This document shows, piece after piece, positions 1 to 9,820 of a stretch of DNA of 64,000 nucleotides (within the stretch, counting starts at the first letter, position 1; each line of letters opens with the position of its first letter). The stretch spans positions 20,946-84,945 of the forward strand of contig DIYG01000026.1 of assembly GCA_002428935.1 (NCBI GenBank). Direction: 5' to 3'. The DNA is from Halieaceae bacterium UBA6060 (GTDB lineage: Bacteria > Pseudomonadota > Gammaproteobacteria > Pseudomonadales > Halieaceae). The notes under the pieces were generated by a model that saw nothing but the letters and a program-made list of their open reading frames with translations, searched no databases and was not told where the DNA came from. The translations under genes and the position numbers were made by a program.

Positions 1-454
1 TCTGGCCAAAATCTGTGCGGTAGGAACGAATACCCATGGGCGAGGCCACATCGAAGAATCCCGCCACGCCAATCGTTGAGTTCACGAGAAAACGTCCACC
101 GCTCTGGGCCGCCCCCTCCCAACGCCACTGGAGCACCGCGTTGAGGGCACTCGTCATGTCGTAAAGGTTGGCAAAGAAATTCCCCACACCCCGCTGCGCG
201 GGTGCCGGCATCACATAGTCATAGCCTTTGGCGATGGGTTTCAGAGCAAAGCGGTCGAAGGTGTCGTTAAGCACAAAAATCGGCCGATTGACGAACTCAA
301 GAGGGTCATCGGCGGCAGAAGCGAGACTGGGAATCACACTGCTCGCTAGCATGATCACGCCGATCACCCAGGCGCGGCATAATGCACCGGCGGCGCCCGT
401 GAAGTGCGTGACGTGAATGCCCCGTGTTGCCCGCCCAGCCCGAGCGTTGATCAC
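1..454 (-). CDS. mlaA: MlaA/VacJ family protein, 5' part (runs off window start; start codon approximate)
   Basis: Manual translation of the minus strand gives DDPLEFVNRPIFVLNDTFDRFALKPIAKGY...GVGNFFANL...GRFLVNSTIGVAGFFDVASPMG...TDFGQ, the VacJ signature. Not in the ORF track because it is truncated. Confidence 0.92.
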   Translation of the reverse strand, partial: MINARAGRATRGIHVTHFTGAAGALCRAWVIGVIMLASSVIPSLASAADDPLEFVNRPIFVLNDTFDRFALKPIAKGYDYVMPAPAQRGVGNFFANLYDMTSALNAVLQWRWEGAAQSGGRFLVNSTIGVAGFFDVASPMGIRSYRTDFGQ

Positions 455-601
455 CCGTAGCTGCGGGTCGGCTCCAGGGCCAACTGACCTATCCCATCCC
501 ATTTCTGTTTCTTCCGCGCCCTCATTCCCTGGGCGTCAGTCCCGTGCTTGTCTACGAAGCCTTTGGGACTGCGTTTTCGAAAGCGCGTCTTCGCGCTCCA
601 C

Positions 602-1357
602 CTATGCTTTTACGTCCAACGGCTCGAAGGCGATGATACCGAGTTCATGAAACTCTCGCAGTTGCTGCCACGCAAAGGTAGCCATCTGCTCCGGGGCCAT
701 CCCCCATTCCTGTGCCAGTTCTCCCAACAAAGCGCTGACGGATTGCGCTTTTCGCTCTCCAAGCTCATAAAGAAGACGTGCAGAGGCTTGATTTAGTTCC
801 ATAAATTGCACGGCCGCGTCGCGCGTACGGTATACCAAAAGAAAGCTGGGTTCGCCGCCCTCCTCGGGCTGAAACGATGGCCCTATGCGGTGAACGGGGA
901 AGGCATAACTCGCCAGGCGTGCCGTTCCCGCCAAACGGGCGCTGACGCGGTCTGGCGACACATCGTCATCAACAAGGGCGGGGACCTCCGCCGGATCAAC
1001 ATCTACGGCCAGCTCCAACCACTCGTAATGAGCCAGCTCCGCCTCAAAGGGGCGCAGCTCGCCCTCACCAAGGCTGGTGAGATAGTCCAGAAACTCTTCG
1101 CTGATCCGCAGGAATAGCGGTGTGGAGCAGCGGTGTTTGAGAATAAAATCTCGCACCCGAGCTTCCCAGGCTGCGTCGTCATACAGGCTTCTCAGAAGGG
1201 GAAAACCCGAGCTGATAAAACCCTCAATGTTGCGGTACACCAAATCTCGATAGACCTGGAGACGTCGCTCTTCGATACCCGCCGGCGCTCCTCGGCCCTG
1301 GGGATCGCGAAGAAAGCGCGCCATTTCCTGCTGGGCTTCCCGAAGCGATGTGCTCAT
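602..1357 (-). CDS. DUF2063/HvfC/BufC-type MNIO partner protein (RiPP recognition)
   Basis: Motifs RLQVYRDLVYRN, CSTPLFLRISEEF and ELAHYEWLELA. Start overlaps the DUF692 stop (ATGA). Confidence 0.85.
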   Translation of the reverse strand: MSTSLREAQQEMARFLRDPQGRGAPAGIEERRLQVYRDLVYRNIEGFISSGFPLLRSLYDDAAWEARVRDFILKHRCSTPLFLRISEEFLDYLTSLGEGELRPFEAELAHYEWLELAVDVDPAEVPALVDDDVSPDRVSARLAGTARLASYAFPVHRIGPSFQPEEGGEPSFLLVYRTRDAAVQFMELNQASARLLYELGERKAQSVSALLGELAQEWGMAPEQMATFAWQQLREFHELGIIAFEPLDVKA

Positions 1358-2208
1358 GCTCGTAGCGCCTTCCGCTGTTGGGCGCAGGCGGCCTGGGCCT
1401 GGCGAATGCGAGCAATCTCCTGCAACAGGGAGTCCAGGGAAGGAAAATTGAAATCGCGCTCCAGGAGTGTCGGAACAGCGCCCAGGCGAGCATAGGTATC
1501 GTTGAGAAGAGCCCAGACCGGATCTATAACGTCCGTGCCGTGGGTATCGACCTTCAGGTCGTCGGCCTCATCGTAGTGTCCAGCAATATGCAGATAGCTC
1601 ACCGAGTCCAGGGGTAAAGCATCGATAAAGGTCAGCGGATCGTATCCGTGATTGATGCTATTGACGTAGACATTGTTGACATCCAGCAGCAGCTCACAAC
1701 CGCTCTCGGCCACCACGGCCGATATAAACGCCGCCTCGTCGAGGTCTTTGTGTGCCTGGGCGTAGTAGGACGCATTCTCCAGCACCAGCGGCATACCAAG
1801 GCGATCCTGTACACGACCAATCCGTTCGCTAACGTAATGCACTGCCTCGTCCGTGAACGGTATGGGCAACAAATCGTATAGATGGCCGTCGGCCGCGCAA
1901 TAGGTCAGGTGCTCGCTGTAGATCGGCACCTGAAAACGTTGCATAAGCTCTGCAACGCCGTCCAAAAGCTCATCGTCCAGGGGGTCGGGGCCACCGATAT
2001 CCAAAGACAGGCCGTGCATGATGAACGGAAAGCGTTCACCGAGTTGTTCCAGGCCCTCGCCGTAGCGCCCACCGACGCCGATCCAATTCTCTGGTGCGAG
2101 CTCCAGAAAATCGACGGAATTCGAATCCATAGACAACAACGGGCCCATAAGGGCCCGTCGCAGTCCAAGACCCGCGCCATGCGGGCCTTGAGTTTTGCTA
2201 CCAGGCAT
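1354..2208 (-). CDS. DUF692 multinuclear non-heme iron oxidative enzyme (MNIO; HvfB/BufB type)
   Basis: Motifs GAGLGLRR, HGLSL, SEHL, ENASYY, LLDVNNVY, HIAGH, DTHG and LERD. ATG at 2208 overlaps the precursor stop (TAATG). Confidence 0.95.
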   Translation of the reverse strand: MPGSKTQGPHGAGLGLRRALMGPLLSMDSNSVDFLELAPENWIGVGGRYGEGLEQLGERFPFIMHGLSLDIGGPDPLDDELLDGVAELMQRFQVPIYSEHLTYCAADGHLYDLLPIPFTDEAVHYVSERIGRVQDRLGMPLVLENASYYAQAHKDLDEAAFISAVVAESGCELLLDVNNVYVNSINHGYDPLTFIDALPLDSVSYLHIAGHYDEADDLKVDTHGTDVIDPVWALLNDTYARLGAVPTLLERDFNFPSLDSLLQEIARIRQAQAACAQQRKALRA

Positions 2209-2588
2209 TACGCACCGCCGCACTTACCTTCGCCGCATTTGCCTTCGCCGCCAGCTTTGTCGCCGCCGCACTTGCCTTCACCGCACTTGCCTTCGCCCTC
2301 AGCCTTGTCGCCGCCACATTTGCCTTCGCCGCATTTGCCTTCGCCTTCAGCCTTGTCGCCGCCACATTTACCTTCGCCGCACTTGCCTTCACCTTCGGCT
2401 TTCTCGCCACCGCATTTGCCTTCGCCACACTTGCCTTCGCCATGGCGGTCATAGGAAGCCAGGTCGTACCCACCATTCAGGCTTTGCGCGGAAAAGGGGT
2501 TTGCTTCTGCAGAGGCCAGCGGGGAGATTGCTGTCGCCAGGAAAGCAGCGCCGAGAGCTGCAGCCAGTGGTTTCTTGGAAGTTGCCAT
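2208..2588 (-). CDS. EGKCG-repeat RiPP precursor (HvfA/family II bufferin-like) with Sec signal peptide
   Basis: Signal peptide ending ...PLASA, then NPF..L.GGY, then ten EGKCG motifs. Lies directly upstream of DUF692. RBS-like AAAGGA precedes the ATG. Confidence 0.92.
   Translation of the reverse strand: MATSKKPLAAALGAAFLATAISPLASAEANPFSAQSLNGGYDLASYDRHGEGKCGEGKCGGEKAEGEGKCGEGKCGGDKAEGEGKCGEGKCGGDKAEGEGKCGEGKCGGDKAGGEGKCGEGKCGGA
2217..2438 (-). repeat. Coding tandem repeat, 48-bp unit (EGKCGEGKCGGDKAEG), about 4.6 copies
   Basis: Repeated cttgccttcgccgc/atttgccttcgccg units; variation is mostly synonymous. Confidence 0.9.
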
Positions 2589-2654
2589 AATTCAATCCTT
2601 TATCGGGTTGTTTGTCTGCCTGGGCAGTACGGATTCTTGGTCGTACTGTCGTTT

Positions 2655-2679
2655 AACGTCATTGCAATGCCTGGATTAC
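2655..2679 (-). promoter_or_regulatory. Possible ECF-sigma promoter (GTAATC-N15-CGTT) upstream of the RiPP precursor, with a 10-bp palindrome CATTGCAATG in the spacer
   Basis: Near match to the GTAACC-N16-CGAA type ECF promoter recalled for SigF-like factors. Spacing and -10 are imperfect. Confidence 0.3.
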
Positions 2680-2792
2680 CAATCCATGGAATCCCTCCCG
2701 GATGGCTAACTGAGAAACCAGCGCATTCGCAAACTATGACTGGGCCATGGTGGGGTAAGTTTCCCACCCGTCGCAAGAATAATGAGAAATAT

Positions 2793-5700
2793 TTACAATT
2801 CCTCTACGGATCTACCCCCCGTTCTGCCATACCAGTCGGCCACTTTCTGCCACTGCGCCCGCAGCCGCTTTACGGAGACGGGTCTAGAGGTGCCCAAATG
2901 TTGGGCATAGAGTGAAACCCGCAGCTCCTGCAACATCAGTTGAAAAAGGCGGAACGAAGGCGAGAGTAGCGCGACATCCGGTGCTTTTTCCAGCAGCTGC
3001 TCCATCGGCTCCGCCAACGCCCGTAAAGTCGCCTGGTGCTCCTGGTCCCGTCGATAGTTTCCCGCGAGGCGCTCAACGCGAACAGCCATGGCCTGGCCAT
3101 AGCGCGAGAGATGGCGAAACTCCTGCCAGTCCAGACACGCCAGGGCTCCCTTGGTGAGCAATCGTCGGCGCTGCGCACGCAGATCATCGTGGGCCTCAGA
3201 AAAACTGTCCGCTAACCGTTGAAAGCCTCGCTCGCTCTGCGCCATCCGTTCAAGGGTGCTTTCAAGGGTTGCACTGGCCTCGACAGCGAGGCTCATAACG
3301 CCTTTGGACACCGATCGCAGGGCCGCATCGAACGCGGCAGGACCCCGACAGTCTGAGGGGTCAGATTCCATAGCCGCCAGGGCAAGGGCCGGCAGCAGAT
3401 CCTCTAGCAATTCATCCCGCGACAGCTCCAGGGCGGCCAGGCGAAGGGTGTTTTCGTTGTCGCGAAGGAGTCGTTTCCGAAGATCGCGAAACACCGGTTT
3501 CGCACCGAGCATGAGTAGCCGTGCCAACCCCCGGCGGTGACTGACAAAAGCCTCTCCAGGATAATCGCACAAGACCCTATCGACGTGCTCACCCCGATCC
3601 GCAAGGGCTGGGTACGCGAGGATCTCGATGCCCGCCTGGCGAAAGCGATGTTCCTCGGGGAGTTCGTCAAAGTCCCAGCGGGTGAGACCCGTGCGAAGAA
3701 ACTCCTTGCCGGCCTTGTCATCATCGACGGGAGCCTCGCCCCGATAACGATCCACCAGGGCCTGCACGTCACGCCCCTGATCCATGACACGCCCCTTGGC
3801 GTCGACGATACGCAGGTTGATGCGGTAGTAGTCGTCGATCTCGCCATCACGCCAGTCGGAAGGCTGAATGACCGGCCCACCGAGTTTTCTAAGGGCCGCT
3901 CCCAAAGCCTCGACCAGCGGTTCATCCACGGGCACCAGGGTACCCAGGGCGCGATCTACCCAATCGGGAACCGGCACCAACTGTTTGCGCAGGGCCTTGG
4001 GCAATGCCTTTACCAGGGCAACGCACTTCTCTCGCAACAAACCCGGAACCAGCCACCCCAGACGATGACGGGGTAACCGATTCAGGAGCCCTACCGGTAC
4101 CGTGATCGATACTCCATCCAGTTCTTTTCCCGGAGAGAACTGATAACTGAGACGGTAGTCCTGGCCATCCCAGTGCAAGCGATCGGGAAACTGATCCGCT
4201 AAAGCCCCCGGGTCCCTGGTCAGCAATTGTTCCCGGCGTAATCGAAGCGTTGCATCATGTGCCTTGTCTTCGCCGACCCACTGAGCCAGGCCCACCGCAT
4301 TGGCCACATCGGGAGGCAGTCGCTCGTCGTAAAAGCGATACAGCGCCTCCTCGTCCACCAACAGATCCCGCCGACGCAAGCGCGACTCCAGATCTTCCAC
4401 TTCTCGTTGCAGGCGGAGATTATGCTTAAGAAAAGCGGGTTGCTTCGGCCAACGGCCTGTTAAAAGACCTTCGCGAATAAGCAGCTCTCGGCAAACCTTG
4501 GGGTCGATCTTGCTGTAATGAACACTCACCTTGTCGGCGATGGTCAAACCAAAAAGGGTTGTACGCCGCCAGGCCACGACGCGCCCCTTTGGGGGCTGCC
4601 ACCGCGGCTCGTAGTAATGCTGTTTCAGCAAGGCCGGATTGACATCCAAAACCCAGCGAGGATCTATCGCCGCAGCCATACGAGCGTAGACTTTTTGGGT
4701 CTCAACCAGCTCTCCGGCGAGAAGCCATTTGGGCGGCTTTTTATAGAGCGTAGAACCCGGGAACAACTGCAGACGTCGATTACGGGTTCCCAGATACTCA
4801 CGACGTTCGTCCTGCTGCGCAATGTTCCCCAGCAAGCCTGCGAGAAGAGCGCGATGCACCCCTGCGTAATCGCTCTCCTCGCTCAAGGTGGTCACAGCTT
4901 TCAAACCCTGGCCGCGGCAAGCAATCGTCAACTGTCGGTGCAGATCACGCCATTCACGCATCCGCAGATACGAGAGGTATTCGCGCTTACACAATTTGCG
5001 CAGCTGATTCTCACTGAGACTTTGCCGTTGCTCCTCGTAGTAGCGCCACAGATTGAGCAGCGATACAAAGTCTGAACGCTCGTCGCGAAAACGCCCGTGG
5101 CTTTGATCGGCCTGTGCCGTCTTATCGGCAGGTCGCTCTCGGGGGTCCTGCATCGCCAACGCGCTGGTTAAGACGAGGAGCTCCGGCAGTACTCCCTGCT
5201 GCTGGGCCGCAAGGATCATTCGGGCCAGAGACGGGTCGATAGGAAAGGCGGCCATGCGCCGACCGAGACGGGTCAGGCGTCGGCGCCCATCCATGGCCCC
5301 AAGCTCTTCCAGAAGGCGATAGCCGTCTCGCACCAGGCGTCCGTCGGGGGGTTCGATAAATGGAAACTTTTCCACGTCACCCAGACCCAGGTGAGCCATA
5401 CGCAGTACCACCGCTGCCAGGTTACTGCGCTGGATCTCCGGCTCCGTGAAGGGCGCACGGGCCAGGTAATCTTCTTCGCTGTACAGGCGCAGGCACACGC
5501 CGGGGCCCACGCGACCGCAACGCCCTCGACGTTGATCGGCGCTGGCCTGGGAAACGGCTTCGATGGGTAGGCGCTGAATGCAGCTGCGATACGAATAACG
5601 GCTGACCCGCGCTTCGCCGGGGTCGATAACAAATCGAATACCCGGCACGGTAACGGAGGTCTCGGCCACGTTGGTCGCCAACACCACCCGCAGTCCCCGT

Positions 5701-6545
5701 CCTCGACTGCGACCGAACACCCGCGCCTGTTCTCCCTGACTCAGGCGTGCATAGAGTGGCAACACATCGAGACCATCAACGCCGCGAAGACGCTTCGCAG
5801 TGTCGCGGATATCGCGTTCACCGGGGAGAAACACCAGCATATCGCCGGGCTCGCCATATACCCCCTGGCGAACCTCTTGCACCGTGCGCACGAGTTGCGC
5901 CAGAGGCTCCTCCCCGTCTGCCGCTTGTCGTGGCAAGTACTCCGTACGCACGGGATAGGTACGTCCGGACACCTCGATAATCGGCGCGTCATCGAAATAG
6001 CGCGAGAAGCGCTCCAGATCGATGGTTGCACTGGTGATGATAATTTTTAGATCGGGGCGGCGGGGCAACAAGCGCTTTAGATAGCCGAGGATAAAATCGA
6101 TATTGAGGCTCCGCTCATGGGCCTCATCGATGATCAGCGTGTCGTACTGACGGAGCTGTCGATCCCGCTGCATTTCCGACAGGAGAATACCGTCGGTCAT
6201 GATCTTCACCGCCGTTGTCTCGCGAACGGCTTCGTGGAAACGCACCTGATAGCCAATCAGCTCCCCCAGGGGCGTCGCCGTTTCCTGGGCGATCCGCTCC
6301 GCCACGGTGCGCGCAGCGATTCTCCGCGGCTGCGTATGACCGATGCGTTGGGTTTGGCCACGCCCCAGGCCCAGACAAATCTTGGGCAACTGCGTCGTCT
6401 TTCCCGAACCCGTTTCCCCCGCAACAACCACCACCGGGTGCTCGGCAATAGCCTTGGCGATTTCTTCCCGTCGCTCGGCGACGGGTAACTCCGGGGAAAA
6501 ATGCAAGGGAGGCACCGTCCGCGGCAGTTTCGACGCCTCAGCCAC
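2793..6545 (-). CDS. hrpA: ATP-dependent RNA helicase HrpA
   Basis: Motifs GETGSGKTTQLP, HTQPRRIAA, DEAHER, SAT, TNVAETS and QRRGRCGR; 1250 aa. Confidence 0.97.
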   Translation of the reverse strand: MAEASKLPRTVPPLHFSPELPVAERREEIAKAIAEHPVVVVAGETGSGKTTQLPKICLGLGRGQTQRIGHTQPRRIAARTVAERIAQETATPLGELIGYQVRFHEAVRETTAVKIMTDGILLSEMQRDRQLRQYDTLIIDEAHERSLNIDFILGYLKRLLPRRPDLKIIITSATIDLERFSRYFDDAPIIEVSGRTYPVRTEYLPRQAADGEEPLAQLVRTVQEVRQGVYGEPGDMLVFLPGERDIRDTAKRLRGVDGLDVLPLYARLSQGEQARVFGRSRGRGLRVVLATNVAETSVTVPGIRFVIDPGEARVSRYSYRSCIQRLPIEAVSQASADQRRGRCGRVGPGVCLRLYSEEDYLARAPFTEPEIQRSNLAAVVLRMAHLGLGDVEKFPFIEPPDGRLVRDGYRLLEELGAMDGRRRLTRLGRRMAAFPIDPSLARMILAAQQQGVLPELLVLTSALAMQDPRERPADKTAQADQSHGRFRDERSDFVSLLNLWRYYEEQRQSLSENQLRKLCKREYLSYLRMREWRDLHRQLTIACRGQGLKAVTTLSEESDYAGVHRALLAGLLGNIAQQDERREYLGTRNRRLQLFPGSTLYKKPPKWLLAGELVETQKVYARMAAAIDPRWVLDVNPALLKQHYYEPRWQPPKGRVVAWRRTTLFGLTIADKVSVHYSKIDPKVCRELLIREGLLTGRWPKQPAFLKHNLRLQREVEDLESRLRRRDLLVDEEALYRFYDERLPPDVANAVGLAQWVGEDKAHDATLRLRREQLLTRDPGALADQFPDRLHWDGQDYRLSYQFSPGKELDGVSITVPVGLLNRLPRHRLGWLVPGLLREKCVALVKALPKALRKQLVPVPDWVDRALGTLVPVDEPLVEALGAALRKLGGPVIQPSDWRDGEIDDYYRINLRIVDAKGRVMDQGRDVQALVDRYRGEAPVDDDKAGKEFLRTGLTRWDFDELPEEHRFRQAGIEILAYPALADRGEHVDRVLCDYPGEAFVSHRRGLARLLMLGAKPVFRDLRKRLLRDNENTLRLAALELSRDELLEDLLPALALAAMESDPSDCRGPAAFDAALRSVSKGVMSLAVEASATLESTLERMAQSERGFQRLADSFSEAHDDLRAQRRRLLTKGALACLDWQEFRHLSRYGQAMAVRVERLAGNYRRDQEHQATLRALAEPMEQLLEKAPDVALLSPSFRLFQLMLQELRVSLYAQHLGTSRPVSVKRLRAQWQKVADWYGRTGGRSVEEL

Positions 6546-6615
6546 GGGAAAGACCTCGCCGTGAACCTGCCGCCCAGGCTAAGCTGTGACCCCAGGCTAC
6601 CGTAGAGAGCGATCC

Positions 6616-7041
6616 GTGAACGACACCCAGAGCTTTTCCTTTGACGAATTGCAGGAAGGCCAAAGCTGCGAAATCAAACGCGAACTCACGGGCGCGGATA
6701 TCGATGCGTTTGCCGAGCTCAGCGGTGATCGCAACCCCCTGCATATGGACGCGGAGTTCGCCCAAACAGCGGGTTACCCCGATCGCATTGCGCACGGCAT
6801 GCTCCTGGCAAGTTGGGTCTCCGCCGCCCTCGCCCAGCACCTGCCCGGCCGCGGGACTGTCTACCTTCGGCAAAACCTGGAGTTTCGCCAGGCCGCGTTG
6901 CCCGGGGATGCCCTGCTGATACGTCTGACCGTCGCGGAAAAAAAGCGCCGCGGTCGCGTACTCATAGACTGTGTCATTCGTCATGGGGAGAGTGGGAAAG
7001 ACCTGTTACGCGGTCAGGCTGAGGTTATCGCACCGAGCTAG
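6616..7041 (+). CDS. MaoC-like (R)-specific enoyl-CoA hydratase/dehydratase
   Basis: FAELSGDRNPLHMD...IAHGML hydratase-2 motif; GTG start at 6616. Confidence 0.9.
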   Translation: MNDTQSFSFDELQEGQSCEIKRELTGADIDAFAELSGDRNPLHMDAEFAQTAGYPDRIAHGMLLASWVSAALAQHLPGRGTVYLRQNLEFRQAALPGDALLIRLTVAEKKRRGRVLIDCVIRHGESGKDLLRGQAEVIAPS

Positions 7042-7135
7042 GATTGGACTAACGCCGGTTAAAGATTTTCCAGCCGACCCGTGCCGATCCATGCCGACCC
7101 AAAGAGTCGGCATCGATTCCTGAGCTACAGCGCTC

Positions 7136-7666
7136 TCAGACCGCTTCGCCGCCCTGCTCCATCTCGTTAGCATCTGCTTCCGGAGGTAGATTTTCCTCGA
7201 ACTGTGCCGAGTCCAAATAGGTTAGCTGCAGGCGTACCGCCGCATCGCCGCGCCCCGACTCCGCACCCAGAACCAAAACGCTGGGTTGATTGGCTTCCGC
7301 CGTGACGGCAAAGACACCGAACATCATGGAGTTGGGATCTTGTTCATTGCGGAAGGTGCGTAGCTTTTCCGGTTCCTTAAGAGCCTGCGCCGCATTGGAG
7401 AGCAGCAGACGCAAGCCCGTGCGGAAGCTGCTAAAACTCAGCGTGCCGCGATACAGCTCATGATTGAGCGCAACGTCAAAACGCACCAAAGATTTGTCTT
7501 CCATCTCCAGATGCGTAAGGGGCACCGTTTTCCCGCCTTCGATCTCCCGATAAATGCGCTTCGCTTCCGTGCGCGTGGCCTCCAGAAAGCCGTTGTTGAG
7601 GAGATTGACCGCAACCGTTAGGAACTTATCCGTCGGAAGACTCTTGGTTTCAAGGTTTTGCTGCAT
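7136..7666 (-). CDS. Hypothetical protein
   Basis: 176-aa ORF with protein-like composition filling the space between MaoC and mnmC; no motif recognised. Confidence 0.7.
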   Translation of the reverse strand: MQQNLETKSLPTDKFLTVAVNLLNNGFLEATRTEAKRIYREIEGGKTVPLTHLEMEDKSLVRFDVALNHELYRGTLSFSSFRTGLRLLLSNAAQALKEPEKLRTFRNEQDPNSMMFGVFAVTAEANQPSVLVLGAESGRGDAAVRLQLTYLDSAQFEENLPPEADANEMEQGGEAV

Positions 7667-7716
7667 GGGAAAAGCCGGGTGGATAAAGCGAGGGCGCAGT
7701 CTAGCGACTGCGTGTC

Positions 7717-9807
7717 ATGCATGCCAGTGAGGTCTGCTATGCTCCGGCCCAAGCATTCGACGATCCCGCCACCATGATTAAGCCCCAGGGCCGGCTCACA
7801 CCCCTGGAGACCGCCGAGGTTACCTGGGACGCCCAGGGTGAGCCCCGGTCCCATCGTTACGACGACCCCTATTACAGCAACGCCGACGGCGTGGCAGAAA
7901 GTACCCATGTGTTTATCGATGGTTGCGATCTCCCCCGCCGCCTCGCGCAGCACCATCGCGGTAGCTATCGCATTGGGGAGCTGGGCTTTGGCACCGGCCT
8001 TAACTTTATCTTGAGCTGGAGAGCGTTTCGCCAGTCGGCACCGCCATCGCTGCGGCTGCATTACGTCAGCATCGACAAACACCCCTTGCGGCGCGAAGAA
8101 ATTGAGCGAGCGTTGGCCTCCTGGCCTCAGCTCGCGAACGAGGCCCGGGCCTTGGTACAGGCTGTGCCGCCCCCCGTGGAGGGCATCCACCGCCGTAGTT
8201 TCGAGGCAGGCCGGATCGTTCTCGATCTCCACTGGGCTGATGTCGAAGACGCCATCGCCGAATTGAAGCGTCCAGACCAGGCCCTGTTTGACAGCTGGTA
8301 TCTGGACGGGTTCGCGCCAAAACGTAACCCGTCCATGTGGAACGGAGAGCGTTTCAAACAACTCGCTAAGATCAGCTTTCCCGGCGCAACCGTGGCCACC
8401 TACAGCGCCGCTGGACAGGTGCGGCGAGACCTGCAGAGTGCGGGATTCGAGATCCACAAGCGCCCGGGCTACGGACAAAAGCGAGAGAGCCTCGTGGGCA
8501 CCTATACGGGCGACTCCCCTAAAGGCGATTCCCCGACGCTCAGTTCTGCTGGCTCCCAGACGACACCCTGGGACCTGAATGCCGCGAACACTCTCCCTCC
8601 ACCGACTGCCGCCATCGTTGTAGGCGCAGGACTCGCTGGCGCCCACATCGCGGCGTCCCTGGCTCGTCGGGGAACCGCTGTGACCGTCCTTGATCGAGGC
8701 TCCATTGCCGGGCGCGCCTCGGGGAACCGTCAGGGCGTGCTCTTCCATCGTCTGTCGCACCAGCGTTCCAATCTGGCGGATTTCTCCCTTTATGCCAGCC
8801 TCTACGCCACCGATCTTTACCGGCAGATGCTCGAGGAGGGCCAGGATTCCGAGATCATCGACGGCGCCCTCAATGGCTGTCTCCAGGGTTTGGACGCCGA
8901 TGCCCTGGGCGGCCCTCTGGCCGAGCTTCTAAAAGGCTTGCCGGAGCTGGGTCGTTTGGTGAACGCCGAAGAAGGCAGCGACATCCTAGGCCAAAAAATC
9001 ACCGGCGCTGGTCTCTGGCAGGCGGAGTCCGGTTGGTTCTCACCGGCCACCATCTGTCGCCGACTGCTTCGCCATCAGGGCATAGAACTACTGGAACACT
9101 GCGGAGAGCTCCGCTTACAGACTACCGAGGAAGGCTGGGATCTGCGGACAGAGACGGACAATCGCTTTGCGGCGCCGGTGGTCATTGTCGCCGGCGGTAT
9201 AGACTCCAACGATCTCCTTCCGAACTGGCGATTGCCGACCAAACCGGTGCGTGGCCAAACAACGCAAGTCCCCGCGTCGAACGATACTAGCCTGAACGCG
9301 GCCTTTTGCCACAAAGGGTATATATCTCCGGCAATGCAGGGTGAGCACTGCATCGGCGCTACCTTTGCTCCGGGAAGCGCGGACAGAGATATTCGCCCCG
9401 GTGACCACACGGAAAACCTGCACAAACTTGCCGAGGCTCTACCTGCCTGGGCAACGCAGTTGGCCAGCCTGGATACCGATAACCTCCAGGGGCGTGCGGA
9501 AGTGCGCTGCGCATCGCCGGACTACCTGCCCATGGTAGGCCCCATTCCTGACCTGGACGCTTTTCAGGAGCGCTTCGCTCCTCTAGAAAAGGATGCTAGT
9601 ACCATCATCAATCGACGGGGTGTTTTCATCCCAGGACTTTATGTGACGACTGCTCATGGCTCGCGCGGTTTGAGTTATGCCGCCCTGAGCGCGGAGGTAC
9701 TGGCCAGTGAGCTTTTCCATGAGCCCTCACCCGTTACCGCAGATATCCGGCGAGCCATCGCCCCGGCCCGTTTTCTAATTCGCGCTATGGTAAGAGGCAC
9801 CCTGTGA
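7717..9807 (+). CDS. mnmC: Bifunctional tRNA mnm5s2U34 methyltransferase / FAD-dependent oxidoreductase MnmC
   Basis: ELGFGTGLNF, WYLDGFAPKRNPSMW and KRPGYGQKRE, followed by a GAGLAG FAD-binding motif and HGSRGL. Confidence 0.96.
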   Translation: MHASEVCYAPAQAFDDPATMIKPQGRLTPLETAEVTWDAQGEPRSHRYDDPYYSNADGVAESTHVFIDGCDLPRRLAQHHRGSYRIGELGFGTGLNFILSWRAFRQSAPPSLRLHYVSIDKHPLRREEIERALASWPQLANEARALVQAVPPPVEGIHRRSFEAGRIVLDLHWADVEDAIAELKRPDQALFDSWYLDGFAPKRNPSMWNGERFKQLAKISFPGATVATYSAAGQVRRDLQSAGFEIHKRPGYGQKRESLVGTYTGDSPKGDSPTLSSAGSQTTPWDLNAANTLPPPTAAIVVGAGLAGAHIAASLARRGTAVTVLDRGSIAGRASGNRQGVLFHRLSHQRSNLADFSLYASLYATDLYRQMLEEGQDSEIIDGALNGCLQGLDADALGGPLAELLKGLPELGRLVNAEEGSDILGQKITGAGLWQAESGWFSPATICRRLLRHQGIELLEHCGELRLQTTEEGWDLRTETDNRFAAPVVIVAGGIDSNDLLPNWRLPTKPVRGQTTQVPASNDTSLNAAFCHKGYISPAMQGEHCIGATFAPGSADRDIRPGDHTENLHKLAEALPAWATQLASLDTDNLQGRAEVRCASPDYLPMVGPIPDLDAFQERFAPLEKDASTIINRRGVFIPGLYVTTAHGSRGLSYAALSAEVLASELFHEPSPVTADIRRAIAPARFLIRAMVRGTL

Positions 9808-9820
9808 TGGAGAATCGGCG

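Noticed and set aside
2217-2438. Regular DNA repeat that could be mistaken for a CRISPR array
   Set aside because: No unique spacers, the unit is a multiple of 3, variation is mostly synonymous, and there are no cas genes.
1882-2590. Plus-strand ORFs with PPHLPSP (extensin-like) or RRICLR repeats
   Set aside because: They are antisense shadows of the EGKCG precursor repeat. The minus-strand frame has a signal peptide, RBS and operon coupling.
7618-8760. 380-aa minus-strand ORF, and similar long antisense ORFs over hrpA, M16 peptidase, dabA and others
   Set aside because: They lie opposite well-supported genes in GC-rich DNA and have no motifs.
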